Origin: a virus | Taxonomy: Duplodnaviria > Caudoviricetes | Virus record (IMG/VR): IMGVR_UViG_2847593706_000001 | Coordinates: 22,144 to 86,143 of that record | Length of the DNA: 64,000 nucleotides | Strand: one strand, 5' to 3' | Part shown: piece by piece, positions 19,408 through 28,554 of the stretch | Position numbering within the stretch: the stretch's first letter is position 1 | How the letters are laid out: each line of letters opens with the position of its first letter | Made by a program: the position numbers and the translations under genes | The notes under the pieces: generated by a model | Seen by the model: the letters and a program-made list of their open reading frames with translations, nothing else | Database searches by the model: none | Told to the model about the DNA's origin: nothing

Positions 19408-19820
19408 GACATTCTATTTATTTCATCTTGAAAGCCATCTTCTAATTGAACATCGATAGGAACTACGGAATCTAAACTTATCAGCGGCTTTCCAAATAGA
19501 GTTGCAGAAGCTTTATTCATATGATTATTTATATGTTCATCAATTTTGTAGATTGGTGCAATTTGTCCTTTCTTTAATCCGTAATAAGGAATGTCGATGA
19601 TTAATTCAACATATATTGGGAAGTCATCCGCTTTTCTTTCTTCAAACCATTTTAAAGGTTTAAATAAGTGGGGGAAGTCTGAAACTATATGTTTAAAGCC
19701 ATCTTCATCATTTCCATCCAATCCCCAATCTCTATCTAGTATTTCATCAATTTCCCATTCACATCCTGGATAAGTGTTTATTACTTTAAATCTTGGGTTT
19801 AATAATTGTTGCTTATTCAT
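19404..19820 (-). CDS. Hypothetical phage protein (138 aa)
   Basis: Coupled ORF. Confidence 0.65.
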   Translation of the reverse strand: MNKQQLLNPRFKVINTYPGCEWEIDEILDRDWGLDGNDEDGFKHIVSDFPHLFKPLKWFEERKADDFPIYVELIIDIPYYGLKKGQIAPIYKIDEHINNHMNKASATLFGKPLISLDSVVPIDVQLEDGFQDEINRMS

Positions 19821-19917
19821 AATATTTTTGATTTTAATTGTTTAAAATAAAACCGGGTGACGGAAATGATCAAATGCCACCCGGAAAAACTAATAACCAT
19901 GTGACCGTTATTGGTGG

Positions 19918-20151
19918 TCAACCTTTTTTTAAAGCTTTTAAAAGATTATCTATTTGCTCTATTTTGTCAAAGTCAAATAAAAATATTGAGACTCCTCTTT
20001 GATCGAGAAAAACATTATTACTCACTTTACCATTGTGATCAGAAACACCCAAGTAAACTATTAAATCTGTAGGCACTTCTTTATTTACATTCAAAGTATA
20101 TTCATAATATTTGACCTTTATAAACCCTAATTCTTGTAATGCTAAGTCCAT
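19918..20151 (-). CDS. Hypothetical phage protein (77 aa)
   Basis: ORF track. Confidence 0.55.
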   Translation of the reverse strand: MDLALQELGFIKVKYYEYTLNVNKEVPTDLIVYLGVSDHNGKVSNNVFLDQRGVSIFLFDFDKIEQIDNLLKALKKG

Positions 20152-20289
20152 TTTTAATTAATATTAATTGTTAATAAAAGCCCGGCAGCGATCCACCACC
20201 GCCAGGCAGCCAAATTTTAAATAGGTAGTTTATTGACTTGCCTAGGTCAGCTCAAATTTTAAGTAGAAATGATAAATTTTAATTATTGA

Positions 20290-20406
20290 ATCAAAACATT
20301 CTTTTGATTAAGTTGTTTCAAATCTAAAACAAATTTTGATAATATCCAAATTTATTTTGGATTTATACCTTTTTTATCAAAATAAACTTTTGATACTCTA
20401 TCTTTG
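20290..20406. promoter_or_regulatory. Divergent promoter region with four ATCNAAA-N5-TTTNGAT operators
   Basis: Copies at 20290, 20322, 20344 and 20376; -7 elements TAGATTTG (minus, 20319-20326) and TATCTTTG (plus, 20399-20406). Confidence 0.75.
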
Positions 20407-20423
20407 TAGGATAAAATAATATT

Positions 20424-20702
20424 ATGAAACTATTAAGATTAAAAGACATTATTAATGAGCGTAATTTGAAAGGAGAGGATGTGGCAAAAGATTTAGGCAT
20501 AACTACGACCACTCTTTCAAATTTAAATCAAGGAAACACGTTTCCAAAAGCTGATATGCTTGTAAAACTTGCAGAATATTTTGATATTGATATTCGGGAA
20601 CTTTTTTACCCAACTAAACCAGAAAACAATCTACAAGAACTTTTTATTAAGCAAGAGGATGGTATTTTTAAGTCTATTGGATTCTTGTCTAAGAACTCAT
20701 AA
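20424..20702 (+). CDS. XRE-family HTH transcriptional regulator
   Basis: DVAKDLGITTTTLSNLNQGNTFP...LAEYFDIDIRELF. Confidence 0.9.
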   Translation: MKLLRLKDIINERNLKGEDVAKDLGITTTTLSNLNQGNTFPKADMLVKLAEYFDIDIRELFYPTKPENNLQELFIKQEDGIFKSIGFLSKNS

Positions 20703-21087
20703 TCCATCTTTTTAGACAGCTGTTTTGCTCAAATGCATTAACGATATGTGTCAAATATTTGTCTTCTTTACGTGACACTAGAAAATATCCGGTTACTGTT
20801 GAAGAAGAAATAAAAACATAAAAGTACTCGACATTATTTCCTCCAGATCCAATACAAAGTATTTTAGCATTGTAGTCTTCTGGAAGAGGTTCGTTATTGA
20901 TTGCTTTTACACATATAGCTGAAATCTCTGAGCTTGCAGGTTTTAAAACTTTTCCTCCTTCTTTTATTTGGCCGGATTTAAAGTCTATCTCGATTAGATA
21001 TTTCGGGTCATATTCGAAAGTTTCAATATCAGATGAACATGATGCCAAGAGAATCGATAGAATTAAACTAATAATTAAATTTTTCAT
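20689..21087 (-). CDS. Phage lipoprotein (132 aa)
   Basis: Signal peptide with lipobox LLASC. Confidence 0.75.
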   Translation of the reverse strand: MKNLIISLILSILLASCSSDIETFEYDPKYLIEIDFKSGQIKEGGKVLKPASSEISAICVKAINNEPLPEDYNAKILCIGSGGNNVEYFYVFISSSTVTGYFLVSRKEDKYLTHIVNAFEQNSCLKRWIMSS

Positions 21088-21180
21088 GGTTTAGATTTTG
21101 ATTTTCGTTTTTTGTAAGGATGAAAAGTCTTGTCAATTCTGTTTTTCTGATAAGTCTGGATAAGACTTCTTAATTCTGGT

Positions 21181-22083
21181 TTAATCTTTACGGGTTTCAT
21201 TTTTAACATTTAATCGTTTCCAATGTTGCATCCATATTTCTTCTGATGATTCATGAAGTTTTAAATAGATGATATAGTTTTTAATCATTTCGTTCTGGAA
21301 TTCCAGATATGCGTCTTTTTTAATCAATTTTGGTAGGGCAGTACCATCTGCACTTAGTTTGCCTTCTGCAGTTTCTGGAGCATAATTTTTTAAAAAATTC
21401 TCAACAAAAACTAATTTTACTCGGTCGCCTTTATCTTTTTTAATCAATTCGTAAAAAATGGGAGTAGCTAAAGTTTTTCCATCAGCTTTGAACCTGTGAT
21501 AATCCTTTCGAATGTTTTCTAATGTTAAAGCTTCGTATTCTTCAGGGGTCATTTTCTTTTCCGGAGGGGAGAGAAATTTTTGAATTGAATCTTTAGCATT
21601 CTGGTATTTTTGATCCCGGATTTTGAAATCTATGTAACCCATTTCATATTGTGCAAAATGCGCTTGATTAATCTCACGGAAAAATCTCACTTTCTCACCG
21701 TCAATTTGCAACAGTCCTTTCTGGGCCATACTAATAGCAATCATGAATTCCTTTTCTGTCAGATCTGACCTCTTTGCATAGTCAATAACCCTGTTTAATG
21801 CTATGTTTGTAGGGCTTAAAGCATCTTCCGGATCATCATTGCCATCATCTTCAATTTTAGCATCTATCTCAAAAACCACTTTATTTGCGAAAATCATTCG
21901 TGCGGCTTCATTGCAGTATCTAAGTTTCGGTTGTGAAATTTCCGCCGTAACTGTTTCCGGCAGCTTGCTTACGAGCTCGTTCGGCAAGTATGGCAGCAGT
22001 GGATCTTTTCCCACCCTTGCCAATTGTATTTTCTGGACGGTTGTTAACTCCGTTGTTTGAGTTGTAACTATTTGATTTTCCAT
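21181..22083 (-). CDS. Hypothetical protein downstream of replication initiator (300 aa)
   Basis: Overlaps the rep gene 3' end; position usually held by a helicase loader. Confidence 0.6.
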   Translation of the reverse strand: MENQIVTTQTTELTTVQKIQLARVGKDPLLPYLPNELVSKLPETVTAEISQPKLRYCNEAARMIFANKVVFEIDAKIEDDGNDDPEDALSPTNIALNRVIDYAKRSDLTEKEFMIAISMAQKGLLQIDGEKVRFFREINQAHFAQYEMGYIDFKIRDQKYQNAKDSIQKFLSPPEKKMTPEEYEALTLENIRKDYHRFKADGKTLATPIFYELIKKDKGDRVKLVFVENFLKNYAPETAEGKLSADGTALPKLIKKDAYLEFQNEMIKNYIIYLKLHESSEEIWMQHWKRLNVKNETRKD

Positions 22084-22837
22084 TTTGTTCTTTTTCTACC
22101 CATTGATATTTGAATCCCTGCCAACTATTCTCTGCACAGTGCCTAATTGCTTCAGGAAATGGATAATTATGTTTTTCACATTCCCTGAGAACAGCATCAA
22201 TAACACTTTCTGTAAATGAAGCTCTTTTCTTTTTCCGGGCCTCAATCCAATCATCAGCATGTTTTTCTAATGCTCCAAGACCAATAAGCTTTTTCTTAAA
22301 GTCTGCCTGATTGAAATATTTTTCTTTTTTTGCGCAACTTTTTTCTTTTTTTTCTGATTGTTGATTTGCCAGATCTGATTGTGGAAATAATTCTTTAGAT
22401 TCTTCAATTGAAATAAAACCTTGTTTTGATTCTTTTTCTAAAAGAATAGAGTTTGGTTTAGTATTGTTTAGTTTATTAATGGTATCGGTTTGCGTAACGG
22501 TTTGTGTGTCGGCTTGTGTAACGAATTGTGTTTCATTTTGCGTGTCACTGTGAAACGCAATGACTTTGTAAATACAACTTTGATTGCCTTTTCTCTCTTT
22601 GAAATCCAGTCTGCCAAGTTGTTTAAGCGTGTTTCTAGCTCTGATTATCGAAGATTTACTTAAACTCGTCTTCACCTGTAGTGTTGATATAGCCACCGTA
22701 AATTCTACTTTCCATCCCGACTTATTATTTATATGCATCATAGCATGCCATAAAGTAATTACAGAATCAGAAACGGAATTTAGTTCGAGCCAATCGTAAA
22801 ACGAATTTATTTCTTTGATATAGTTCATTCTTACCAA
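21920..22837 (-). CDS. Phage replication initiator (N-terminal wHTH, DnaD/lambda-O-like architecture)
   Basis: MNYIKEINSFYDWL...LWHAMMHINNKSGW...RARNTLKQLG; internal iteron-coded xxTQ repeats; C-terminal NSWQGF. Confidence 0.8.
   Translation of the reverse strand: MVRMNYIKEINSFYDWLELNSVSDSVITLWHAMMHINNKSGWKVEFTVAISTLQVKTSLSKSSIIRARNTLKQLGRLDFKERKGNQSCIYKVIAFHSDTQNETQFVTQADTQTVTQTDTINKLNNTKPNSILLEKESKQGFISIEESKELFPQSDLANQQSEKKEKSCAKKEKYFNQADFKKKLIGLGALEKHADDWIEARKKKRASFTESVIDAVLRECEKHNYPFPEAIRHCAENSWQGFKYQWVEKEQNGKSNSYNSNNGVNNRPENTIGKGGKRSTAAILAERARKQAAGNSYGGNFTTET
22490..22549. repeat. Five 12-bp iteron-like repeats (TTGYGTNWCNNN) within rep gene; candidate prophage origin
   Basis: Units at 22490, 22502, 22514, 22526 and 22538, next to an AT-rich tract. 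Confidence 0.6.
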
Positions 22838-22898
22838 TGAGTTTTTAGTATTCTGTTTTTCTTAGGAATAAAGATCCTAATGATGATATGGGATAGTC

Positions 22899-23108
22899 TC
22901 ATTTTGTTGGAAGTTCAATTTTCAAAGTTTTAATATCCTTATGGCCAAGTGTAATGTCAAAATACTTATCAGGACCGTTTTCAAGGCTTTTAAAAACTAT
23001 TTTTTGAACTTTGTAACCGGACAGCTTAACTTTATTAATCCCCTTGTATTTGTACCGGAATCCGTTAATAATCACTTCCTGTTCTAGTTTTAAATCTGTT
23101 ACCTTCAT
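22899..23108 (-). CDS. Hypothetical phage protein (69 aa)
   Basis: Coupled ORF. Confidence 0.6.
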   Translation of the reverse strand: MKVTDLKLEQEVIINGFRYKYKGINKVKLSGYKVQKIVFKSLENGPDKYFDITLGHKDIKTLKIELPTK

Positions 23109-23362
23109 ATTTGCATATTTTTTTGATGAACCTCTGTCAGGTATTCTTTAGTAAGTGTATTGGCGTGTGCTTTCTCATGGCAGGTTCTACACAATGCAAT
23201 AAGATTTTCAATTTGATCTTGTAGATGTTTTGTTTTGCTGCCGAACTCTGATCTTCTTTGAATGTGGTGAATCTCGGTTGCTTGTTTATGGCAGATTTCG
23301 CAATGATAGAACCCGTTATGAGAAGGAAAAAAAGCAAGATAATTTTTCGTGTGCTTTTCCAT
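23105..23362 (-). CDS. HNH endonuclease
   Basis: CEIC...EIHHI...ENLIALCRTCHEKAH. Confidence 0.85.
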   Translation of the reverse strand: MEKHTKNYLAFFPSHNGFYHCEICHKQATEIHHIQRRSEFGSKTKHLQDQIENLIALCRTCHEKAHANTLTKEYLTEVHQKNMQI

Positions 23363-23364
23363 TT

Positions 23365-24117
23365 TTACCCATCAACTTTTTCAATATCAAGGTATTTTGA
23401 ACTGAAAACTGAATCAATGACAGCTTCACACGGAATTACTTTTGCAGATTGAAGTATTAAATGAAATTCTCCAAGATCATTTTCCTCTTTGAATTTGTTG
23501 GTTAAAAAGGCTTCAATTAATGCTTTTCCGTTTTCAGCGTTTAATGCTTTCACAATAAATCCATTGTTGTATGAGTGTTCATCCTTTTCAATTTCAACTT
23601 CAATCATGTAGAATTTCAGCTCGCCATCATTTTCCTGTGAAACATTTGTGATAAGAACAGCATTATTCAATTCTTTAACTCCTGCAATTCCAAAGTGCCC
23701 GGGATAAGATTGTTCAATAAAGTCTTTGGCAATATCCAATGCAACAAATACTGAATTGGCATACATATAAATATTCTTCTTTTTACCTCCGATTACTGCA
23801 GTAACACACCAAGTTGAGGTTAGATATTCATCTGAAAATATTCCATCCCTTTTTTGATTACTTACATCCACTCTGGCAATATCACCAGAACTTAAATGAA
23901 AGTCTACAATTTGTAAATTGTGATTATCTAAAAGAGTTCCTATGTCAAGGATTATTTCGTTACGTTCGATCGAAACAACCTCACCGCTATCTTCATCAAC
24001 AAAATCTTCATTCCAGGTTCTTAACAGTCTTTTTGCCAGATACATCCCTTTCATTTCTTTCAGATCTGATGTGACGAATCTTATCTCTTGATGTTTGGTT
24101 TCTAATTTATTTGTCAT
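23365..24117 (-). CDS. Protein with N-terminal RpoB-like segment and DUF4494-like repeats (250 aa)
   Basis: LAKRLLRTWNEDFVDEDSGEVVSIERNEIILD closely resembles a Bacteroidota RpoB segment (recalled). Confidence 0.65.
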   Translation of the reverse strand: MTNKLETKHQEIRFVTSDLKEMKGMYLAKRLLRTWNEDFVDEDSGEVVSIERNEIILDIGTLLDNHNLQIVDFHLSSGDIARVDVSNQKRDGIFSDEYLTSTWCVTAVIGGKKKNIYMYANSVFVALDIAKDFIEQSYPGHFGIAGVKELNNAVLITNVSQENDGELKFYMIEVEIEKDEHSYNNGFIVKALNAENGKALIEAFLTNKFKEENDLGEFHLILQSAKVIPCEAVIDSVFSSKYLDIEKVDG

Positions 24118-24302
24118 TTTTTAGATTGTTTTTTATTGCGTTCAATTTCAGTTTCAAGAACATGAAGGTTATCTTCAATGTATTCTTTCACAGGTCCGGC
24201 ACACTTTCCTTCTTCATACAGCCAAATAAGATATTCAGCTGGTACATCTTGCATTTGCCGACCTTTATGAATTCCGTAAGGCATTATGTCTGTATCTTCC
24301 AT
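24114..24302 (-). CDS. DUF3820-like small protein
   Basis: MPYGIHKGRQMQDVPAEYLIWL motif. Confidence 0.75.
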   Translation of the reverse strand: MEDTDIMPYGIHKGRQMQDVPAEYLIWLYEEGKCAGPVKEYIEDNLHVLETEIERNKKQSKK

Positions 24303-24305
24303 AAA

Positions 24306-24488
24306 TTATTTAGTATAAGTTTCTTCTAAATTTTTTCTAAATCTTTCGACCATTTCATCAATGGTGATTTCACCTGATTTTACAGTTTCATCCAATTGCT
24401 CCATGCTTAATTGTTCATCTTCTTTCCTGTCATAGTAAGTGAAGTCAGAACATAAATCATCTATTGTATTGAGAATTATTTCTTTCAT
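24306..24488 (-). CDS. Hypothetical phage protein (60 aa)
   Basis: Coupled ORF. Confidence 0.6.
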   Translation of the reverse strand: MKEIILNTIDDLCSDFTYYDRKEDEQLSMEQLDETVKSGEITIDEMVERFRKNLEETYTK

Positions 24489-24931
24489 AGGTAAATTTTG
24501 TTGTGATATTGTTCTAATTGATTTTTGATTTCATCCAGATGCACAAGATCTTTCGGTTCCGGCAGGTATAGATTTAATGTCCGAATTGAATAGTCTCTAA
24601 ATCTTTCAGTTGCTAAAGACATTTCTTCAGTGTTCAATTCTGCTGAACTTTTCCAACGATCGCGAACCTCGCCCGTCTGGTAGTTGATAAACTCCGTTTT
24701 GAAAATATCCGGATTCACTATTTTTTTAAAGTGTTCCTGTTTGATTTCTTCAAGCATATCGCCATATTCCAACGCGTACCATCCAAGAATTAAATGCAGA
24801 TAATTGTTTTGACTGTAAGTCCTGTTTTTTTTCTTTTCCAAAACTTCAATTTTTGCTTTTTTATCAAGTAGGTGTTTAATTCTGTTGATTGCTTTCTTTT
24901 TCATTTCAGGTATGGAAGTATCGAAAATCAT
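24485..24931 (-). CDS. NinB-like recombination protein
   Basis: RTYSQNNYLH...SSAELNTEEMS...LYLPEP. Confidence 0.65.
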   Translation of the reverse strand: MIFDTSIPEMKKKAINRIKHLLDKKAKIEVLEKKKNRTYSQNNYLHLILGWYALEYGDMLEEIKQEHFKKIVNPDIFKTEFINYQTGEVRDRWKSSAELNTEEMSLATERFRDYSIRTLNLYLPEPKDLVHLDEIKNQLEQYHNKIYL

Positions 24932-24932
24932 A

Positions 24933-25160
24933 TTAAATCTTTTTTACAGTTACTTTCTTAATTTTTAAGTGTTGTTTTAGAAAGTTTTCTTTTTCTTCTA
25001 TTGAGGTGTTTGGATTGAACTTCACACCTTCAATTACATTCTTATCAAACTTTTTGAGACTTGTAGAAAATAAAATGTAATCTTGATCTTTCTGGTCATT
25101 GTCAGGATATTTATGATATGTTATTATCCTTTTGTAATAGATTATCATTCTTACTTTCAA
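24933..25160 (-). CDS. Hypothetical phage protein (75 aa)
   Basis: ORF track. Confidence 0.5.
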   Translation of the reverse strand: MKVRMIIYYKRIITYHKYPDNDQKDQDYILFSTSLKKFDKNVIEGVKFNPNTSIEEKENFLKQHLKIKKVTVKKI

Positions 25161-25422
25161 ATTTTCTGATTAAATTATCTTCATGATTATCAATGTAATC
25201 TTTAGCTTTTTGAAGTAGATTAGAAAGTAATCCGAAAGAATAATTTCTTTTATATAGTTCAGTAAAACCTTTTCCATTTTCTTTACTGATACTCATGGAT
25301 GCACCGTTGTAGGTTCGTAATCTGATAACATATCCCTTGTATTCGGTTTTTGATATGGTTTCAGTTCCATTTTTCAATTCTTTTTTTGTGAATTGAACAA
25401 AATCAGAATTTTTGTTTTCCAT
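25111..25422 (-). CDS. Hypothetical phage protein (103 aa)
   Basis: ORF track. Confidence 0.6.
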   Translation of the reverse strand: MENKNSDFVQFTKKELKNGTETISKTEYKGYVIRLRTYNGASMSISKENGKGFTELYKRNYSFGLLSNLLQKAKDYIDNHEDNLIRKFESKNDNLLQKDNNIS

Positions 25423-25423
25423 T

Positions 25424-26296
25424 TTACCAATTGTTTAAAAAGATTTGTTTTTGATTTTCTGCCATTTTTAGGCGGGTTTTGATTTTCTGAATGTCTTCTT
25501 CATTCCTATGAATTTCGACCACATGGAGTTGTAATTCTTTCTTTGTAAATCGATCATCATAATCAATGAAGTAGCATTTCTTTCGTCCGGTTGCTAAAAA
25601 GTTTCCTTGAATCTGCCAATAATAATCTTTCTCATGTTCCTTGAAATCAGCTTGATTTTTGATCTTTTTAACTCTAAAAGCATGAGTTTTGCAGTCAGGA
25701 CATTTCACCTCAATCATGTCATCAGCATCAATCAAACCATCTGGTGTACCTCCGAAATATGAACACAATTCAACGAATTCTTGATTTTCTCCTGTTGCAT
25801 AACATTTAACATCATACTTTTGTTCAAACATCAAAACTGCTTCAAGTTCCTTTTCATTTCCACGATCCATTGAATCATTAGAAAATCGTTTTACACTTTG
25901 TCCTTCTGTAAGAATTTCAAGGGCTTTTTCTTCAATGTATGTTAATGCTCCTGTTGATAAATGTTCGCTAAATTGGAAGTCCGGTTTGATAATTTTTCTT
26001 ATTAATGATTCTTCAAATCCATATTCTTTTGATAAATCGGAAGTCGAATATTTATCATTTCCTCTTGGTTTGTATTTATTTCTGATTTCTTCAACTTTTG
26101 AATCTGTTAAATTCAAATAATCAGTATCTGCCATTAACCGTCCTAAATCAGAAGATGTAAACTTTCCAAGTCTGGATTTGAACCATTCTTCACGTTTCCT
26201 TTCAGCTTCTGCAGTTCGCTCAATTGAAGCAAGAGCCGCCTCGTGTTCGGCTCTTAATGCTTCAAAATCAACAACAATGTTATCTTTAGTCAGCAT
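25424..26296 (-). CDS. YqaJ/lambda-exonuclease family protein with internal HTH-like insertion
   Basis: EEWFKSRLGKFTSS, MDRGNEKE, GGTPDGL, IEVKCP, YYWQIQG. Confidence 0.88.
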   Translation of the reverse strand: MLTKDNIVVDFEALRAEHEAALASIERTAEAERKREEWFKSRLGKFTSSDLGRLMADTDYLNLTDSKVEEIRNKYKPRGNDKYSTSDLSKEYGFEESLIRKIIKPDFQFSEHLSTGALTYIEEKALEILTEGQSVKRFSNDSMDRGNEKELEAVLMFEQKYDVKCYATGENQEFVELCSYFGGTPDGLIDADDMIEVKCPDCKTHAFRVKKIKNQADFKEHEKDYYWQIQGNFLATGRKKCYFIDYDDRFTKKELQLHVVEIHRNEEDIQKIKTRLKMAENQKQIFLNNW

Positions 26297-26720
26297 TGTC
26301 GAAAAGATTTATATTTAATTCATCAACATCGAATAATGGAATATCATTTCCACCTGTTGTTTTTGTTGATCCAGTACAAGTGATCCTAACACCTTGACCG
26401 ATTTGCGTGTTCATTAATGCCTGTACAAGAACTGTTTGACCAGCAACAAAGGCTTTCGCTCCATCGTGTAATTTTGCAAGGAAATAAGTGTTTCCTTTGC
26501 CGTCTGTTGCTTCTTTAAACCCAAGAAAGAAACATTCAACTGGCTTTCCTTGTTCAGCAATCCATTCTTCCTTTTTCTGGTATGAAACTGTTAACTTTCT
26601 GTTAGTATCAGCATTCTTTAATGCGCCAATAGCATTTGTTGAAGGCATGATAAATGTGATTTCACCGTTCTTTGGATATAATTCCGGTTTTTGTTCTGAA
26701 TTTTGATTTTCGTTTGACAT
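26286..26720 (-). CDS. Putative ssDNA-binding/annealing protein (144 aa)
   Basis: Directly upstream of the exonuclease; beta-rich, acidic C-terminus; function inferred from position. Confidence 0.4.
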   Translation of the reverse strand: MSNENQNSEQKPELYPKNGEITFIMPSTNAIGALKNADTNRKLTVSYQKKEEWIAEQGKPVECFFLGFKEATDGKGNTYFLAKLHDGAKAFVAGQTVLVQALMNTQIGQGVRITCTGSTKTTGGNDIPLFDVDELNINLFDNAD

Positions 26721-26737
26721 TGTAGTATGATTTTATA

Positions 26738-27877
26738 TTATTTGAAATTTTTAATTACAGAAACTGCATCTGAAATTGCATCCTGAATTCTTTCCATTGA
26801 TCTGATGAATTCAGCTTTTAATTTTTCGTCTTTTATTTCTGGATCAGCAATTGAATATTGTAAGCTTTGTAAGAACTCAACAGCTTTTTGCTTTTCTGGT
26901 TTTAAGGCTTCAAGCCTTTCCGATTCTGCTTTTGCCTTTGCTTCTGCTTCTGCTTTCTCTTTTGCAGCACGTTCTGCATCTTCCTTTTCTTTACGTTCTG
27001 CATCTTCTTTTGCAAGGCGATCAGTTTCAATTTTAGCCAAATGTGCTTTTTCTGCTTCCAGTTCTTCGCGTTGCTTTCTCAACTTTTCTTCCTCAGCTTC
27101 TCGCAGTTTTCGGGCATCTTCTTCTTTGGCTTTTAATTCTGCATCATGTTTTTCTTTTTCTGCTGCCAGCTTGTTGCGTTCTTTTTGTACTCTTGCTTCT
27201 TCTGCTTTTCGATCAGCTTCCATTTTTGCTTTTTCAGCATCCAATTTTGCTTTTTCTTCCTGCAGTCTTATGTTTTCAAGTCTTTGCGCTTCTGCTTCTT
27301 CAAGTGTTTTGATTTTAGATGAAAAGGCATTTTTGAATTGAATCAACTTTTCATTAAAGTCAAGTTCAAATTCTTCAAATTGAGAAACATCCGTTTTATA
27401 AAGACCTTCTTCAAAATCAACTTTTAATGATTCAATGGTTTCAAAAGAACATTTATTGATTTTCATATAGGCTTCATCAATAATGCAACTAATCGAATTC
27501 TTGATGTTATTCTTTCTCTCTTCTTCCAGGCGCAACTTTTCTTGTTTTTCCTTTACCTTCAATTCTTCCCATCTTTTAACTTCTTGTTGCTGCTTTTCTT
27601 CGTGTGGTCGGGTAATGGAAATAAGTTCTTCACTAGCCCCTGCAACGGTTTCACGAAACTTTTTTATTTTAGAAGCAATTAGTTTGTCCTGATTCTGAAT
27701 TTCAGTTCTGGCAGTGACAAGGGTTGTTCTGGCCTTCTTTGCTTCATCAAAAGTTTTATTGTCTATAATTTCAATGAAAGGGTTTTCCTTGACAATTTGA
27801 AGCTGTTTTTCGCGCATTCCTTGTAATTCTGGAAGTTGGCTGACATCTAAGGTTTCAATTTTTAATAGTTCGTTCAT
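26738..27877 (-). CDS. Coiled-coil phage protein (379 aa)
   Basis: E/K/A-rich heptads; AKKARTTLVTARTEI motif common in phage recombination modules. Confidence 0.75.
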   Translation of the reverse strand: MNELLKIETLDVSQLPELQGMREKQLQIVKENPFIEIIDNKTFDEAKKARTTLVTARTEIQNQDKLIASKIKKFRETVAGASEELISITRPHEEKQQQEVKRWEELKVKEKQEKLRLEEERKNNIKNSISCIIDEAYMKINKCSFETIESLKVDFEEGLYKTDVSQFEEFELDFNEKLIQFKNAFSSKIKTLEEAEAQRLENIRLQEEKAKLDAEKAKMEADRKAEEARVQKERNKLAAEKEKHDAELKAKEEDARKLREAEEEKLRKQREELEAEKAHLAKIETDRLAKEDAERKEKEDAERAAKEKAEAEAKAKAESERLEALKPEKQKAVEFLQSLQYSIADPEIKDEKLKAEFIRSMERIQDAISDAVSVIKNFK

Positions 27878-28013
27878 TTTGAAGTTTTTTATCTTTTAGA
27901 AATTTGTTAAGTGCTTTTAGTTCTCTACCTGATAGTTGATCATGCCCCAGTCTTTTACCATTGACATAATACACGCCCATATCATTAATGATTTCTATTG
28001 TTGTGTTTTCCAT
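27855..28013 (-). CDS. Hypothetical protein (52 aa; not in ORF track)
   Basis: MENTTIEIINDMGVYYVNGKRLGHDQLSGRELKALNKFLKDKKLQNERTIKN; fills the gap between neighbours. Confidence 0.55.
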   Translation of the reverse strand: MENTTIEIINDMGVYYVNGKRLGHDQLSGRELKALNKFLKDKKLQNERTIKN

Positions 28014-28182
28014 GGTTGGGGCTGTTTAAGTAGTTGGTAAATTCTTTATGATAGTACCGGAAGAATCCAAAGAAAACGTAGATGAATAAGGGGAAAATAA
28101 AATCTATTGGATTCTGATTTTCTGATATTGCCAATACATAAGCAGTATTGACAAAAAGAATTATTGTTAATGCTGTTTTCAT
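27985..28182 (-). CDS. Small two-TM membrane protein (65 aa)
   Basis: Two hydrophobic stretches. Confidence 0.55.
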   Translation of the reverse strand: MKTALTIILFVNTAYVLAISENQNPIDFIFPLFIYVFFGFFRYYHKEFTNYLNSPNHGKHNNRNH

Positions 28183-28499
28183 ACTATGTTAAAGTTTAGA
28201 TGGTTTTGTAAGTGGTTTTCTATTTCTCTTTTTTCACGAAGAATCAAAGGGAGATCTTCACATTCTATACTATCATATGCAGATAGAAAATGAACTTTAA
28301 AATGCTTTACAGAGTTTCCCCATTCTGGGTTTTGATCTATTTCAATTTCAAGATTTACATCAACAGAAATTTCATCATCTTCAAAAAGCGTTACATCGAT
28401 ATCTAAAAATCTATCATTTCCAGATTCTATGTTGATTAACATATTTTGCTTTTTTATTTGGCTGATTGGATCCAATAGTGTTAAATTTGCTGTATTCAT
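28179..28499 (-). CDS. Acidic hypothetical protein (106 aa)
   Basis: ORF track. Confidence 0.6.
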   Translation of the reverse strand: MNTANLTLLDPISQIKKQNMLINIESGNDRFLDIDVTLFEDDEISVDVNLEIEIDQNPEWGNSVKHFKVHFLSAYDSIECEDLPLILREKREIENHLQNHLNFNIV

Positions 28500-28554
28500 T
28501 TGTTTGACTTTTAATAGTTGAACATTTCGCCATCTGTTGCTGCAGGTGGCTTTT

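Noticed and set aside
19851-19888. CCGG-flanked hairpin similar to one near 10432-10460
   Set aside because: Only two loose copies; cannot be distinguished from ordinary terminators or processing stems
26805-27692. Ser/Ala/Phe/Leu-rich + strand ORFs
   Set aside because: Antisense of the E/K/A-rich coiled-coil gene
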